A stretch of DNA of 64,000 nt, from assembly GCA_964057225.1 (NCBI GenBank), contig OZ059895.1, positions 8,556,001 to 8,620,000 on the forward strand. Reading direction: 5' to 3'. The notes below the pieces were generated by a model. The model had not been told where the DNA came from. It was given only the letters and a program-made list of their open reading frames with translations, and ran no database searches. Positions 1 through 13,827 of this stretch are shown piece by piece. The translations under genes were made by a program, and so were the position numbers. The stretch is from Auanema rhodensis (taxonomy: Eukaryota; Animalia; Nematoda). Numbering within the stretch: the stretch's first letter is position 1; every line of letters begins with the position of its first letter.

Positions 1-1786
1 AAACTGCAAATCCGGGTAAATGAGCACATCTGCTTCCTCCCAAAAAATTGTTTCGAAATTTGATATGACAATTTTTTTTTTGGAAGTTGGTTCTCTTATC
101 AGTACAATATCTTTATGTTTCTCGACTCAATATGTAAGTGAAAATCTAGTTGACGTCTCTGCCTGTCGATTTTGTCAATTTTGACAACCTTCAGAATGAC
201 CCCCGTAAATGGTCAAATAGGGTGAAGTAACACTAAACGAAAAGAAAAATGACGGAAATGCTAGAGATTTAGAGATAGGTGAGAAGACAGTTTTCATCTA
301 TTCTTCCACGTAAATTGTCTTTCTTCACCTTCTCCGGTAAACAGATGATTCAACTTCTCATCTACTACTACTAACCCTATCTTTGTTTTTTGATCTAATT
401 TAATTTTCAAAAGATATATGATATGAGAATATTTAAATATACTAATCAATATTTCTTAATTATATAATAATATAATTAAATATATTTTTTAAAATAAGGG
501 TTGTTGATATATACACAAGTGCACATACCTACTTAAGTCCATATTTCACAGTGAAATGCTCAGATTAAGGATATACAGTCCATCCTTTGGTAATTTATGA
601 AATATATCTTTACAAGAAGGATATTAATAAAAGCATCTCAGGTGTGTCATTACATCTTTTCTCTATGATTCTTCAGGTCCCTTGAGTCGAACCTTCATTC
701 GTTACCTCGACCTCTCTTTTCAGATGAACGTGCCGACAACGAGTTGCGCTCGTATTCGCTTCCTTTACCACGGAATGACCGTGAAAATGTCTTAAGAAGT
801 CGATGATGACAAGATTGAAAGACATCATCTTTGTTTTCAAAGAAAACTCAATTTTTAATTTTAAACAAAAACTTTAAAATTCAATAAGAGGTTATGTAAT
901 CATCTCTAGAATTCTTGAGTTAATTAAATAAAACAGATTTCATTTAATTATTTTCAAAATATTGAAGATTATTCAATAATCTGTACAATCAAATCTTTGT
1001 TCCTCTATCTATCTTCATCCTCCCTTTTATTACTCATTCTTCCCTTCAATTTTTCCAGTATCTATCCTCTTTTCTATTCAGAATTATATTTACTTGTGAC
1101 TAGTCTGACCACAAGTCACCCGTTTGTCAAAGATTGTTTGTATTTCTTGGTTTGCCGTTTAACTATTGAAAAAAGAGATTGACCTTTGCAAAAAAAAAAA
1201 AAAAGAACTGAAAGAATTGAAAGGAATGGATGAAGCGAAAAGAAAAAATATTTTAAAATGAAATCTTATAACCTCATATTGGTCTTATCCCGATTATTCG
1301 TATATAATCTCATCAGTTATAATCTGTTTAAATTTACTATGTATAACTAACTGATTTCGTTTTAATTTTTGATGAAAATTAACCAAAAAACAATTCATAT
1401 CAGGATATATATCTCTGCCAATCTAGTATTACAACCTGTTTTTTTGAAAAAAATAATTTTTTTTTTTAAAATTTAGTTATTTCTCTTATATGATGTTGAA
1501 TATTTTAAAGTTTTTGTTTCTTTGAAACATTCTAATTATAATAAATGATTGAAAAGGGGGCATATCGTAAAAATCGCCGGAAAGTTTGCCGGTTTTCGTA
1601 AAAATATGAAACTATCCGGCGAGACAGTCTTGTTTTTTCATCACGTGAAGGCAATATGTATATCTGGGTCGCAATTCTATTCAGAAGTAGCACGACGACA
1701 TCATAGATGTTGTGTTTCATCGCTATCCAATTCGAGGAAGGAAGAAGACGCAACAATCTAACAAAGAAAATTCTTTTTTAACTATT

Positions 1787-1788
<2 letters not shown>

Positions 1789-1838
<50 letters not shown>
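1789..1838. repeat. (CT)n microsatellite
   Basis: Read directly. Confidence 0.95.
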
Positions 1839-1841
<3 letters not shown>

Positions 1842-2554
1842 ATCAAGGTATGCATCTATTCATCTATGATGTACAGGAGCATTGCGACATTTAAAAATGC
1901 GTCAAAAACGAACAATATTAATAAAATTTCACCGAAATAGGGAAATAAACTGAATAAATAAAAGGTTTGCTTTCATTTTTATAAGGAAAACAGAGTATTC
2001 TCATAAGCTTCATAAGATGATTCTTTTAAACAATCCAAAATAGTTCGTATGATCATGTTGTAATCGGAATGCGAGTATGTCTATGTGTGTAATCTTTGAT
2101 GTTCAAATTCTTATATTTTTCTGTTGAAAGAACTATTCGAATATCTATTCAAACTTTTAGGTTCCAAAATAATTAATTTTGGATTATTAAAGTAAAAATT
2201 GAATTTTCGGGAAATACTCAACAGGTAGTGAACCTGTTATAAGACGTCTGACCTCGTCAAGCACTGGCCTTGCATACGCACATCTGAATCTTCAAAACAA
2301 GAGAAACAGCAAATACGAGACATCATAATGATGTGTCTTACATGAAAATCTTATAAGAATGTAGGACTTCAAGTATTATTCGAAACTATTAAACTTTATT
2401 ATAAATTTAATAAGTATACTATATGTATATAACTAATTATTTATAATAAACTATATATTCTTTCTTTCTTTCTTTCTATCTTTTTTTTCAGATAATGGAT
2501 AACTTTGAATCAATTAAACAAATCATCTTCAATTTGATTCTGAACTAGAATAAC

Positions 2555-2557
<3 letters not shown>

Positions 2558-2604
<47 letters not shown>

Positions 2605-2614
2605 GAGAGAGAGA
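2558..2614. repeat. (GA)n microsatellite
   Basis: Read directly; one interruption. Confidence 0.95.
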
Positions 2615-4775
2615 CAAGTTGTTCATTTTCTCAAATATTTCAGATCTTTATAATCAGCGAGACATACATACATATAGTAAAACGTATATCAGTTTAACTA
2701 ATTAAGGTCAACATCTTTAAAACGTTTAAAAGTCTATCAAAGCTTGTTCTGAGATAACTATTTCATATAGTTATTTATATAATTAATTTTATTTAAAACA
2801 TTTTCAACCTAAACAAACATTTATCTGAACTTTATCAAAGTGACTTGTCTAAATTGAGTATCATCATCTTTCTTCATTCATTCACATACCATAGCACAAG
2901 GCTTTATGTAGTTCAAATTCTCAAATTCTTTATTGGCTTTTTCTGCGCGCGGAAAAAAACTGTCTGCTGAAAACAGCATGACACAATTACTGATTGCCAA
3001 GAAAAAAAACTGTGAACCAAGTGCAGTGATGTAAGCGTGACAGCAATGAGCAAGAAGAAAGATGATGAGAAGGTAAGATGGAAAGAGAGAGAGATAGAGA
3101 GAGAGAGAGCGCGCTTTAGTGCCAAACAAACGGTTTGTCAAGCGGCTTGCTGACGATGGGAAAGCCAGCCTTCTTCACTCTTTCGCAGCAGTGGCGACGA
3201 TCCTGGCACAGTGTTGAACTTGGCACACAAGACCGGGTGAGAGTGGATGTGTGATCGAGCTACGAGGCAGAGCAGAAATATGTGGAGGGAAACAGGCCGA
3301 GAACGTGTACATGAACTTGCAGCCATTCTAAGCTTTTATCAACGACTTATTGAGAATACGTTGTTAGTTGAAAGTTGAAGAAAAAGCAAACAAATCCCAA
3401 ATTTTAAAATTTGATGAGAAACAGAATGTTATTTCGAAAACTTAAATAGAGAACTGATCAACGAAATGCTGAAGAAGCTGAAGGACATTATCGTTGAAAT
3501 GGCATTAACTGCTAGAAAAACTATGACAATGTCCTTACTGTTTATCAATTATAAATGAAAATTCTGATAACTATTGGCATAGTTAAGATAACATAATCTA
3601 TAGCTTAACTATAAGTTTTTCTTTAAACTATTGAACTGTTTAATACATATTTTTATGTATTCCGTAATGAAATACGAATCATAAACGTCAATCCAAAATA
3701 ATTTAGACAACCATTTAGCATATATCGCTCTTTTCCATCATTCTAGACATTATGACATTCAACGTTTACCAATCTTTGACCTGCTTTAGATGGTTCTTAT
3801 TGCATGAGTCTTCTTGTATTGATGACGTGGACCGTGTTTCACGCGGAACACTATTGTCGATTGCATAACAGAACACGTTGGCGCATAAAACGACGATAAG
3901 ATGCGGAAGAAACGACAACGAGAAAGACCTCAACTTGATGGAAGTTGAAATGAGAATTCAATATTTAGACGACATACAGGTATGTATGTCTTCATGTTCT
4001 TCCAGCAAGAGAATTTCATTCCCTCTCCTTTCAACCCACTGCTGTTCAGAAGGGGAAGGATTGGATTCATCTAGATCGCTAAAGCAATGAAATAATGCAA
4101 GCCAAGATCTAATAGTTCTAACCATTAAGATCAATCGATTTAGCATGTTATTGCAAATGATTTCAGGGTAATAAGATATAGAGAAGATGTGGAGAAATCC
4201 ATAGAACTGAGTAACTACTTCGATATACGGATTGCTGATGATGATGTTGATGAAGAGACAAATGGTAAGAGATATACATGTGTATGTGGAATGATGTAGT
4301 TAAAGAGGAAGCGAAACCGAAACAAACTAAAGGAAGAGATAGAGAGGAACGAAGGCGAGGACGGCCAACTATAGAAGGTCATTGGGGTCCAAGAAAAAAT
4401 TGGAAAAGAAAGAAATTAAGATGATATTGCCAAAAGACACATAACGAGAGAGAGAGAGAGAAGAAATAAATCATCTTAATAAATGGCTTATTCCAAAAAA
4501 AAAGAAAAAAAATATAAATTAGTGATTGATAAGTAAATATTGTTCCCAGATTTTGTATGTTTCAACTTAATAATAATAGAAATTGTTATTATGGGATGAA
4601 ACTAAAAAGCAAATGGAAGAATAATAGAAAGAAAAGAACAACAACAAAAGGAGTTTATAGAACTTATTCTATAGATATTGAAGATATCTTATACCAACTA
4701 CACCCTTTCAACAAAACTCCCTTTGTTTTTCTTATAATATAGTGTATATAATGTATATAAACATAATAACATATA

Positions 4776-7700
4776 CTAACCTGGAGATATATTTGATAGA
4801 CGAGTAATCATAGCTTGCGTTTCCTGTTCCATGTCATCTTCAAAATACTGATTTGGTGAGTTCTGATCATCAAATAGGGAGAGATCGACATAGCTCAGCC
4901 ATAGCTTAGAGACAGGAACTTGCTCACGAACAGCTAATGGAATAATATGTTGACGAATTGGTACTGGACCAGTGCACACGATCAAATCATCCTCCAGCAA
5001 TTGCTGTGGTTCCTGCTGCTGATGGAGTTGCTCCAACTGATCGCATAATGGACGGAAAGGCTCTAACGGACCATCAAACAAGCATGACGTATTCGTGTTG
5101 TTATCAAGTACAGTGAGCAATGCTCGAAGCGGGCTAGGCCGACAAACGAGCAGTAGCAGACGACGTCGCGGAATGGATGGACGACTCATCTATGTACGGA
5201 ATACGGGCCACGTCCTTCGGCACAAATGCAAACCAGCGGGGGCGTGGCGAACCGCCGACGACGATTGTTGACGCGTCACCGCGACCGACATCGTTCACGG
5301 TCGCATCTCTTGCGAGGCCATCAGCATCTCCTTCGTTGTGATTACCGTTCCGCAAGCTAGCTCTCGTTAGTTTTGTCAAACGCCCACCGACAAGCGAGTG
5401 AGTTTCGGGGAAACGTATACCAGCAGCCATGAGTCCCTTGATAGGTAATGCAGCACCGGGAAGCAAACTGAAAAGAAATAACTGAAAGTATTTTCTTAAG
5501 AAAATGTTTATATTCGTAAAGAGATTAGTTATTTTATTTGCTAAATAGTTAATATAATTTGATTTGAAAATGATATTCTTTCTTTCTCTTCGTACTTTCT
5601 TCTAAACTTAATCATTTTATTTAATATTAAACTGAAAATTGTGTGCATGGGAGATTTTCCTCTTCTTTTGTTTTTTGATCAAAAAAAAAAAGTTTTTACA
5701 TACTTTCTGGTTGCGGCTCCTTTAAAAGCCTTTAGCAAGGCCATTGCATCCAGTCCACGTCCCCAGGTATGGATTTTCTCGATACATGAAGAGCCCATCA
5801 CATCAACGGACAACGTCGTCAGAATCAATCCAACAAAAAGAAAAACTATAGAAGCGACCATATAGCCAACATCTCCTTGTGGATAGAGATCACCAAAGCC
5901 AACAGTCATCTGAAATCAACTTCATGATGATGATGATGATGATTTATAATAATATATATTTAATAATTTTCTCATAGATCTCATCTATGTATCTAAGTGA
6001 TGACTTTGTATCTAATATTCCATCATTAACCTTGATGTTCCAACTTTTTTTGAAAAAAAGAAAAAACAAAATTGACTTTGTATCCCATGAATCCAGAAGG
6101 ATATGTGATTTCAAGGCTTTTTACATAACTTTCTTACAAGTTTTTGCCTATTATTAGGTGAGGTATACCAACGATGAATGAGGTTGTATGTAAAATCATG
6201 ACGATAGTTTTACTAAAAAAAACTGAAGAGAAACGAACAATATGAATGCCCTGTGGGTCAAGCAAACTGGAAAATGGGGTTGCTCAATATGGGTTAAAAA
6301 GGTTGAAGAATTCACTTCTTCCAACGTTTCTTTCAGCATTAAGTTAAAACAAAAAATATGATTTTTGCTCCAGCACTTTGAAGGACACATGTATATGTGT
6401 GTAGATCCATTAGAAATTCTTACTATTTAATTATTTCTTATGAACTTACAACTTTACTTAGATTTTCCAGTTGTTTTTTTTTTCAAAATTTTCTACTTTC
6501 AATCTCATTAAGAGGTCCGAGGCTTATCTTTTTCAAGCTATCTTACATGACCTAATTTCAATGACAGAAAAGACAGCGTCATCAACCTTACGAACTGTAG
6601 CCAAAAGACAGAGGTGACAGACGTTGTGATTTAAGAGGAGAACAATGAAAGAAATTCAAAAAAATGAATTCAACGGCATTAGAATTACCAGTCATTTCAC
6701 GAATTTACTTTAAAAAGGTTGTCAAGATTGATACGGCAAAATGTTAGAAAAAGTGAAAAAGAAAGAGAGAAAATTACAAAGAATTCTAATTTGAACTATA
6801 AAAATAATTAAATTGAAATAAAATAATAAAAATATCTAATTATATGATATAATATAGATTATAAATATTAATATTTGACAAGCAAAAGGCTCAATAAAAA
6901 TGTTCTCATGGTTAATAAGATGTAGAGATTGCCTAAATCTGTTACAATCACCGCTGGGCAAGTGCTACCGTGTTCCTCTTCTTACTCTGATTTCATAGAT
7001 AACGACAGACAAGTGATCAGAAATCATCGTTTTGCCGTAACATGAGGCCAAGTGCCGAGCTTTCAACCTTTTTTCTTGATATAATCGATAGAATAATAAA
7101 ATTACTATATATAGTTAAGAGAATATATGGATATGTTTATGTTATAACTCTGAAAATATGGTTAAAGCTCTGAAAATATAAGTTTTTTTTCATCAATTTT
7201 TGTCTTTCCATCGACTATATATTATTTCTAAGTGAGTTTTAAGTTAGTATAATTTATAAAAAGAATTTTATAACTAACCAAGCTAATTAGACAAAAATAA
7301 AATGAATCCAGAAAATTCCATGTTTCATAATAAGTAAATATCCATGCTGATACAGCCATATAAGAGAATAATGTAAATAAAACAGTCATTTGTCGTTTTC
7401 CTGATACCTTAAATAGAAAAAATAAAAATAAATAATATTATAAATTATTATAATAAACCTCAGCTAATGGATCATCTCCTCGTCTTCCTAATAATTCAAC
7501 TATAAACTTAGCAACATCAGCAATTGTGATGAGTGTTAAAGGAATTCTGAAAAGAAAAACTTAAAAATTGTGAAAAAATTATTAAAAATGGATGAAAAAC
7601 AAAAATTGAAATTATTATATTTGCAAAATACGAACCCAAATATTGCATAGCACATGCAGAATATTTGCCCGAATGGAGATATTGGAATAAGATGTCCATA

Positions 7701-10009
7701 ACCTAAATGTTTCCAATATAATATATATTATATATATATATATATATAATATAGTTACCAATAGATGTTAAAACGGTTGTTGTATAAAATATTGATGATG
7801 CAAAATTCCATTTTGATAGAAAAGTATCATTATTAAGATCTAAAATAACTATTTCTAATGTTAATATATATTATGAATATTCATATTTAGTCTATTATTT
7901 TCTTCATATTAATCAATATTAAGAAATTTATATATATTATATAATTTATAAATGAGAAAGTTATTACAGATGACTTACCAAATGGCTTGATGCCAGCTTC
8001 AAAAGCTTGAAATGTGACAAATGTAAGTTGATCTATAAGCTGAAGAGCTGTCTCATTAGAAGGATCATTTTTGCCATTATAGTCGAATATTGCTTCCTGA
8101 AGAAACAAAATGTTTTAAATAAAAAAAAATAATTTTAAATATATTATATTGAAGATGCGATATAGTAAATAGAGATTAAGAGATGAAGCCTTTTTCAGTC
8201 GATATCCTTAATTCAATTTATGTTCTCAGAAAACCATTTGTCTTAGTAATCATTTTCATTGAAATACATGATGTAAAGCAAGATATGTTGTGTAATCTCA
8301 ACAGTTTGTTGTACTCTTTTTCCATCTTTATATATAACTATATGCAGTTAACCTAAGGTAGATGAAGCAAGTACTTTAGTTGAACGTGACACAAACTGGC
8401 TCTCATTGTTCCAGAACGACGGGAAGTCGTGCTCTTTCAAATTTTCCAACCTAATATTACTTCAATTGTACCCTACCTGTTTGAAATTATTTCAGTGAGA
8501 GTTTCAAAAAAATGTAAAGCAGTTTACAAGAGAAAATTGACAAATGACTAACTTCAGCTTTTTTAATTTCGCGCAGGTGGTAATTTCTATGTTGTAACTC
8601 ATATGGTTGTTCAATAGCAGCAAATACTAGAGCTTAAATTTGGTAGATAGATTCAACATATGCTATACTTGAAACATACCACCTAGACAGACATACGATA
8701 ATGTGGTTGTGATTAAAGCTATATGAGGAAGAGCCAAACGACACATCGTTTGAAATTTGCGACGACCTAAATATTTAATTATATATATATTTATAAATAT
8801 TATAAAGTATATATAATGATAATTAATAATAATCTACCGCTTCTTTTGCCAAATTCATCTGAATCTGTTGATTCGTTTAAACAGAATGCGAACGGAATAA
8901 AGACGCGAAACATTGAGATGAGCAATAATGAAAGACAAAATAAAGTAGAATGTTTTTAGCGTTTGCTGTTAGGCTCTGGAGGGAAAAGAAGAGATAGAGA
9001 GAGAGAGAGAGTTGGTACGAGTTCATTCATATAAGAAAAACAAAGTAATCCTCGGGCTTATACGGCTGACAGCACATGCTATTAAGGATTCGACGAATGA
9101 GCGCACATGGAATGAACCGGTACTACGAGTTTCGTCTTCCTCATATGGATAATGGAGCAGACATTCAAGGAACAATGAGAAAGAAGAGCCGGTGGATAAA
9201 GTTATTCATGACATCGTGTGAGTTAATCGGATGAAATAAAGCATGAACACGAGTAACATAGTGGATAGAATTCTGAACGCTGATGTGCAGAACTATAGAA
9301 GCATACCTTTCTCATTTCCGGCGTCATCTTCGGGAACTGTTGATCCACCTTCCACATGCGCTGACAAGTTCATCCCTTCGGCAATGGCAGTTCTTCGGGC
9401 GCCGCCCAATCCAGCAAACGCTACCTACATATAATGGTTTAAGTTCAAGTATGCAAAATGGTTAAATAGGGCTGAAGCCATTGACATAGCCTGAGGCTAA
9501 AAAGAAGATCAAGTTTAGCATTTAGATTTTATGAATCAAACTACTTATAAATTTCTTTAAACTTTTCTTAAATGTCAGTTAGTTAATCTTTAAAATCCTT
9601 TTAAACATAAATTGTCAAAAAATAGACAATGAAGAAGAATAAGAAACGTATATAAGTAGTCTAAAAATATAAAAAAATTATAAAAAAAAGTATAAAAGAA
9701 GTTTAAGAAGGCATTTTCAAAAATTATATTTCTCTTCGTTTTATGAAAATATTACGAAGTGTGGGTATGTTATACCTAAGAATCAACGTTTAATAGTGAT
9801 GATGAATACTCGAAGAAATGCAGATGAGTGGGAAAAAATTGATTTTTAATAAGAATGTTTACATTAGATATGTGGTTTTGAATTAAAGATGTGCAGATCT
9901 TCTTCCTGGGTAGTAAGCATATCCATTCGGCTATTACATTATATTTTTCAAAGTGAGACGAGAAAGCTCGTTGTGAATGAGTTGAATTTTGAAAATGATA
10001 TCAAGACAG

Positions 10010-10058
<49 letters not shown>

Positions 10059-10339
10059 GAGAGAGAAATGAATACCCAAATTCTTAGTAATAGTTTAAGA
10101 GATTCATGTATAAAATATATAATTGCAGTTGTGCTGACGAAATAAACGTGAAATCTTACCTGATTCATGGTTGCAGGGAGTGATGTAGAAGCTCGTAAAG
10201 CCCTTGTACTCAAATGTCCATCTTTTTCTTCAACGATAGCATCGAATGGAACAGAGACAGAATGTGGTAAGATAGGTACTGGTATGTACACAGACGCCAA
10301 CTGAGCCGCTAAAAATCGACTGCCTCCCAAGGGATTCAT
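4776..10339 (-). CDS. Two-pore-domain (TWK/KCNK) potassium channel, multi-exon; stop at 5134 (unspliced tail) or 4776 (spliced long tail)
   Basis: Spliced exons give M1 ([25 protein letters not shown]), pore 1 ([17 protein letters not shown]|GYG), M2/M3, pore 2 ([14 protein letters not shown]|MTVGFGD), M4 ([14 protein letters not shown]) and a tail with [15 protein letters not shown]. The twk paralog cannot be identified. Confidence 0.92.
10014..10066. repeat. (GA)n microsatellite in the TWK first intron
   Basis: Read directly. Confidence 0.95.
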
Positions 10340-11920
10340 TGTCTAAAAACGTCTTCAAGTGATTTCAGAATGGAAATTGTTGTCTAATGCGTCTCTTTCT
10401 GTCAACTTGTCATCCAGAAAGTCTGAAAAGTAACAAACTAACGCATTTTTTTTAGGCATATGTTAAAAAATGAGCAAAAAAATAATTAACGCTCTGTATG
10501 TTCTTTAATGTCTATTACTAATCAAATTTAAAAAAAAAAGATTTGCACCCTAAAGGGAAATATCGACAATGCTAGAAGAACAAGTCTTGCCATCAGAATG
10601 GACTGAATCTTCTTATGAAAATTGGATGTACCCCCAAGGAGCTTAAGGGAACGCCACAGGCACGAAAAAATTGTATAACATAGAGAACAAATCTTTAAAT
10701 TTATAAAGAAAATACTGCATTAGTTAGCATGAGGGAAGGACAATATTTGGGTCTTACCAGGGCAAAACATCAGCAATCTTGTCCGGCTCACCAATCTGCA
10801 CATATTTCTTTATACTCGTGAGACGCAGGAAAACCTTTGAAATAGCAAATGGTTCACGAGGACAATTGCTATATTTGTAATTGTATTCATAAAAGAAAAA
10901 AATATTTATTATTTGATAATACTAAAGAATATTTAACCGAAATACTCATATCCGTTCCAAAGTTTAAATATATCAAAATAAACTTAAAAGTAGCTTTCGG
11001 AAAATAAGCCAACTTCAGATCTTCCAAACAAATCAATTACTTTCCTTTTCCTTTTTTATTTGTAAATGTGACAAAATATTTCTCAGGTAGCAATTCTTTG
11101 TTAACATCCCAATCATCAGCAAAAACTTAATGAGGTTATAAGACAAATGTTTACCACGTTCAGAATGAATGGACTAAATTTGGTGACAGTTTCATCAAAA
11201 ATATCACAAACTTGAAAACCAAGTTTTTTAATTATTAAAAAACTAAATTCTTGTTTATTTCAAACCATTTATATTTATAAATTTACAATATATTAAGTTA
11301 AATATAAATCCAAAGTTAATCAATATCATATTATTAATTGAATACAACCGCTTGCAACAACCTTTCGCGCCAAATAAGGTTACATTTAAACTGATTTATT
11401 TTGTTTTTTTTTAAGAAATTGTCATTTCTTTTTAATTTCAAGTATATAATATAGTATTTACTTAATATTTTCTGTTTCAGATTTAACTTACTAAACAATA
11501 AACAACACTTATCAGAAGACTTAGAACAACTCGAAGGAAAAGCAACTATAAATAAGGTATGTCTTATAAATATTTCAAACAAATTAAAAAAATTGCAACT
11601 TTTAAAATGAGAAGTCAGATGTATATGAAACAGATTTTATGCTGCTTCATTACATTTGCCGATAGCGAGCAATTTGCTTTAATGTAAATCGGTGTTTCGG
11701 CCATATTGATCATTGGAGCATAAATTTTGCTAACTGTTTAAACCTACTTGAAATATCCAGATATCTATATTGATTTGAGAGTTTTTTCTGGATTGAATAT
11801 TAACTGTTTAGCAGTAGAATATTATGAGAAAAACATATGTTAATGTATTCTTTATTATAATTATTAGTCTTATTATCTTTATTAGTTATTAATATTAAGT
11901 TTTTGAATGGCTTGTGCTTG

Positions 11921-12948
11921 CTATCCAACAAGTGTTGGGTTTGCTCTATTAGAAACAAGTTGATCTACAACTTCATCTGTGTTGATTTGTGGAAGATTAA
12001 CATTCGGTAAAATGTGTGCAAAATTCATATCTATGTCATTGAATCGTTCATAGAAATGACTCTGAAAGAAAAAAAATGTTGAAACGGTGTGATTGAATTA
12101 TTGTTTTACCTTGAATGGCATGTGGGTATCAGTACCGGGAATCGGAAAAGAGAGTCTAGAATGGAAAATATCCACGGCTTCTTCATCGTGCTTACGTAAA
12201 ACTTCTGTTTGAAAGTCAAACATCTACGAAGATTTTGATTATCTTTTTGTTTGCTTTATCAATACTAACCTCATTTAATCCTGGTATAGGTATATCTAAA
12301 GCCACAGCTGAACTGTCGAATTTCGAACCATCTACTTCTGCTCCCACAATGAAAGAATTCTAAAACTCAGAGTCTTTTCTAATTAATAGTTTCAAGTAAA
12401 AACTTGAAAAGGCTGATGCTGTCCATCTGTGTATAAATGTGGCATTCGAGCATATTGTCTGTAGTGTCGTTTTAAGTCAAGCCCTATAATCTCACAGTGT
12501 ATATATTCAATTATCGTCATGAAATTACCCAAGAAGTTCACTCCTTGAATGGCATATCCGACTCCCCATGAATCACCATAATCATTATTAGAAGCTACTC
12601 CTACCATGTGTGTAAATGGATTTAGTTGAGCATGTCCAGAAAAATGTTTGTCTTGACCCGGCAGTGAAACATCAGGTATTGCTTGTGTCTACTTTAAGAC
12701 GGCTTTAATATACGTATAATATATAAGAATACCTTATGATATAGTTTATTTCCTGCTATATACAGATTATGTAAATATGGTCCAGAACGATGATCAGAAA
12801 CTCCAAAAGGTAATCGAATAAGACCGATTCCTCGTGGTCGAGCACAATAGAATGGAGCTAATTAAAGAGTTTCATTATGTTTTTAACTTAAAATCAACTT
12901 ACTAAGGAAAGACAGGAATACGAGGCTGGATAGCCTTGCAGAGGCCAT
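11921..12948 (-). CDS. Secreted protein of unknown function (signal peptide)
   Basis: Multi-exon frame MASARLSSLVFLSFLTPFYCARPRG...LNPFTHMVG...GDSWGVGYAIQGVNFLG...NRANPTLVG* with short GT-AG introns and a hydrophobic N-terminus. Confidence 0.75.
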
Positions 12949-13827
12949 TAAAGCATGTTATGGTCTAATACTTATCTGCAAACTGTAGATAGATGTACGA
13001 AACTCTACAAACTTTTTAGGAAGATTTCAATAAGAACGATTTTTAAAATAGACGGTTGAATGAAAGGGAAGAATTGAGGCCGAATGATGAAAGTGAATTT
13101 TATCATTGTTGGAGCTGGGTATCCCTTCGGACGAAAAAGAAAATGCGCACGTCCGCAACCGGGAAACTGATAATCACTGAATCATCATTTTCACAGACAA
13201 GCAGTTGAATATATGGCTGAATATGTTGTTGAACCCACGACCAATTTGTATGTGACCCACGGATACATCGTAAGAAATAGTCATTATGATCCAGAAAAAA
13301 GCAGGTCCTATGAACTAGTATGTGCGCTGTTGGATGTCAATTTTTTTTTTCGAAACAGAAAAAAAGTAAAGAAAGTTCAACAATCATTAATATTGAGTTC
13401 AAATTGTTCTATCATATTTTACTAGCCCCAAATCTGTTTGATGGAATAACTTTGTGACAGATATAAGATATATTGTATAAGAAAAGTGGTACAGGTAACC
13501 TTATGTTTATCCCTAATAAATCGCGTTGAAACAGAATCAGCCATCTAGGAGAGATGTTGATCATTTGTATTCAGTGATACATTGGACCGACGTTTGACTA
13601 TAATCTTGATTCGAATAAGAAATGATGTTCAAGTAAAATTAAGGTCGATAGACATCCTAGCTTCAGCGGAAATGAAACTGATGTCGATTGAATGTTTGAG
13701 ATTTTCCTCGAATCAATATTTAAAACGCGCGTTCGAATATAAGAGTTGTGGGAAATTTGAGGTTTAAACAAAACTAAATATCTAATTGTTTATATGTTAT
13801 AGGTAATATTATTCTATATAAGGAATA

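Noticed and set aside
2878-4146. Short ORFs and an exon-like segment ending CAG|GTATGT at about 3980
   Set aside because: No recognisable protein and no compatible partner exons; more likely regulatory DNA.
11921-12948. Divergent neighbour of the pPolB as a possible Polinton capsid or cargo gene
   Set aside because: It has a signal peptide and no recognisable jelly-roll, integrase, ATPase or protease motifs, so it looks like an ordinary host gene.
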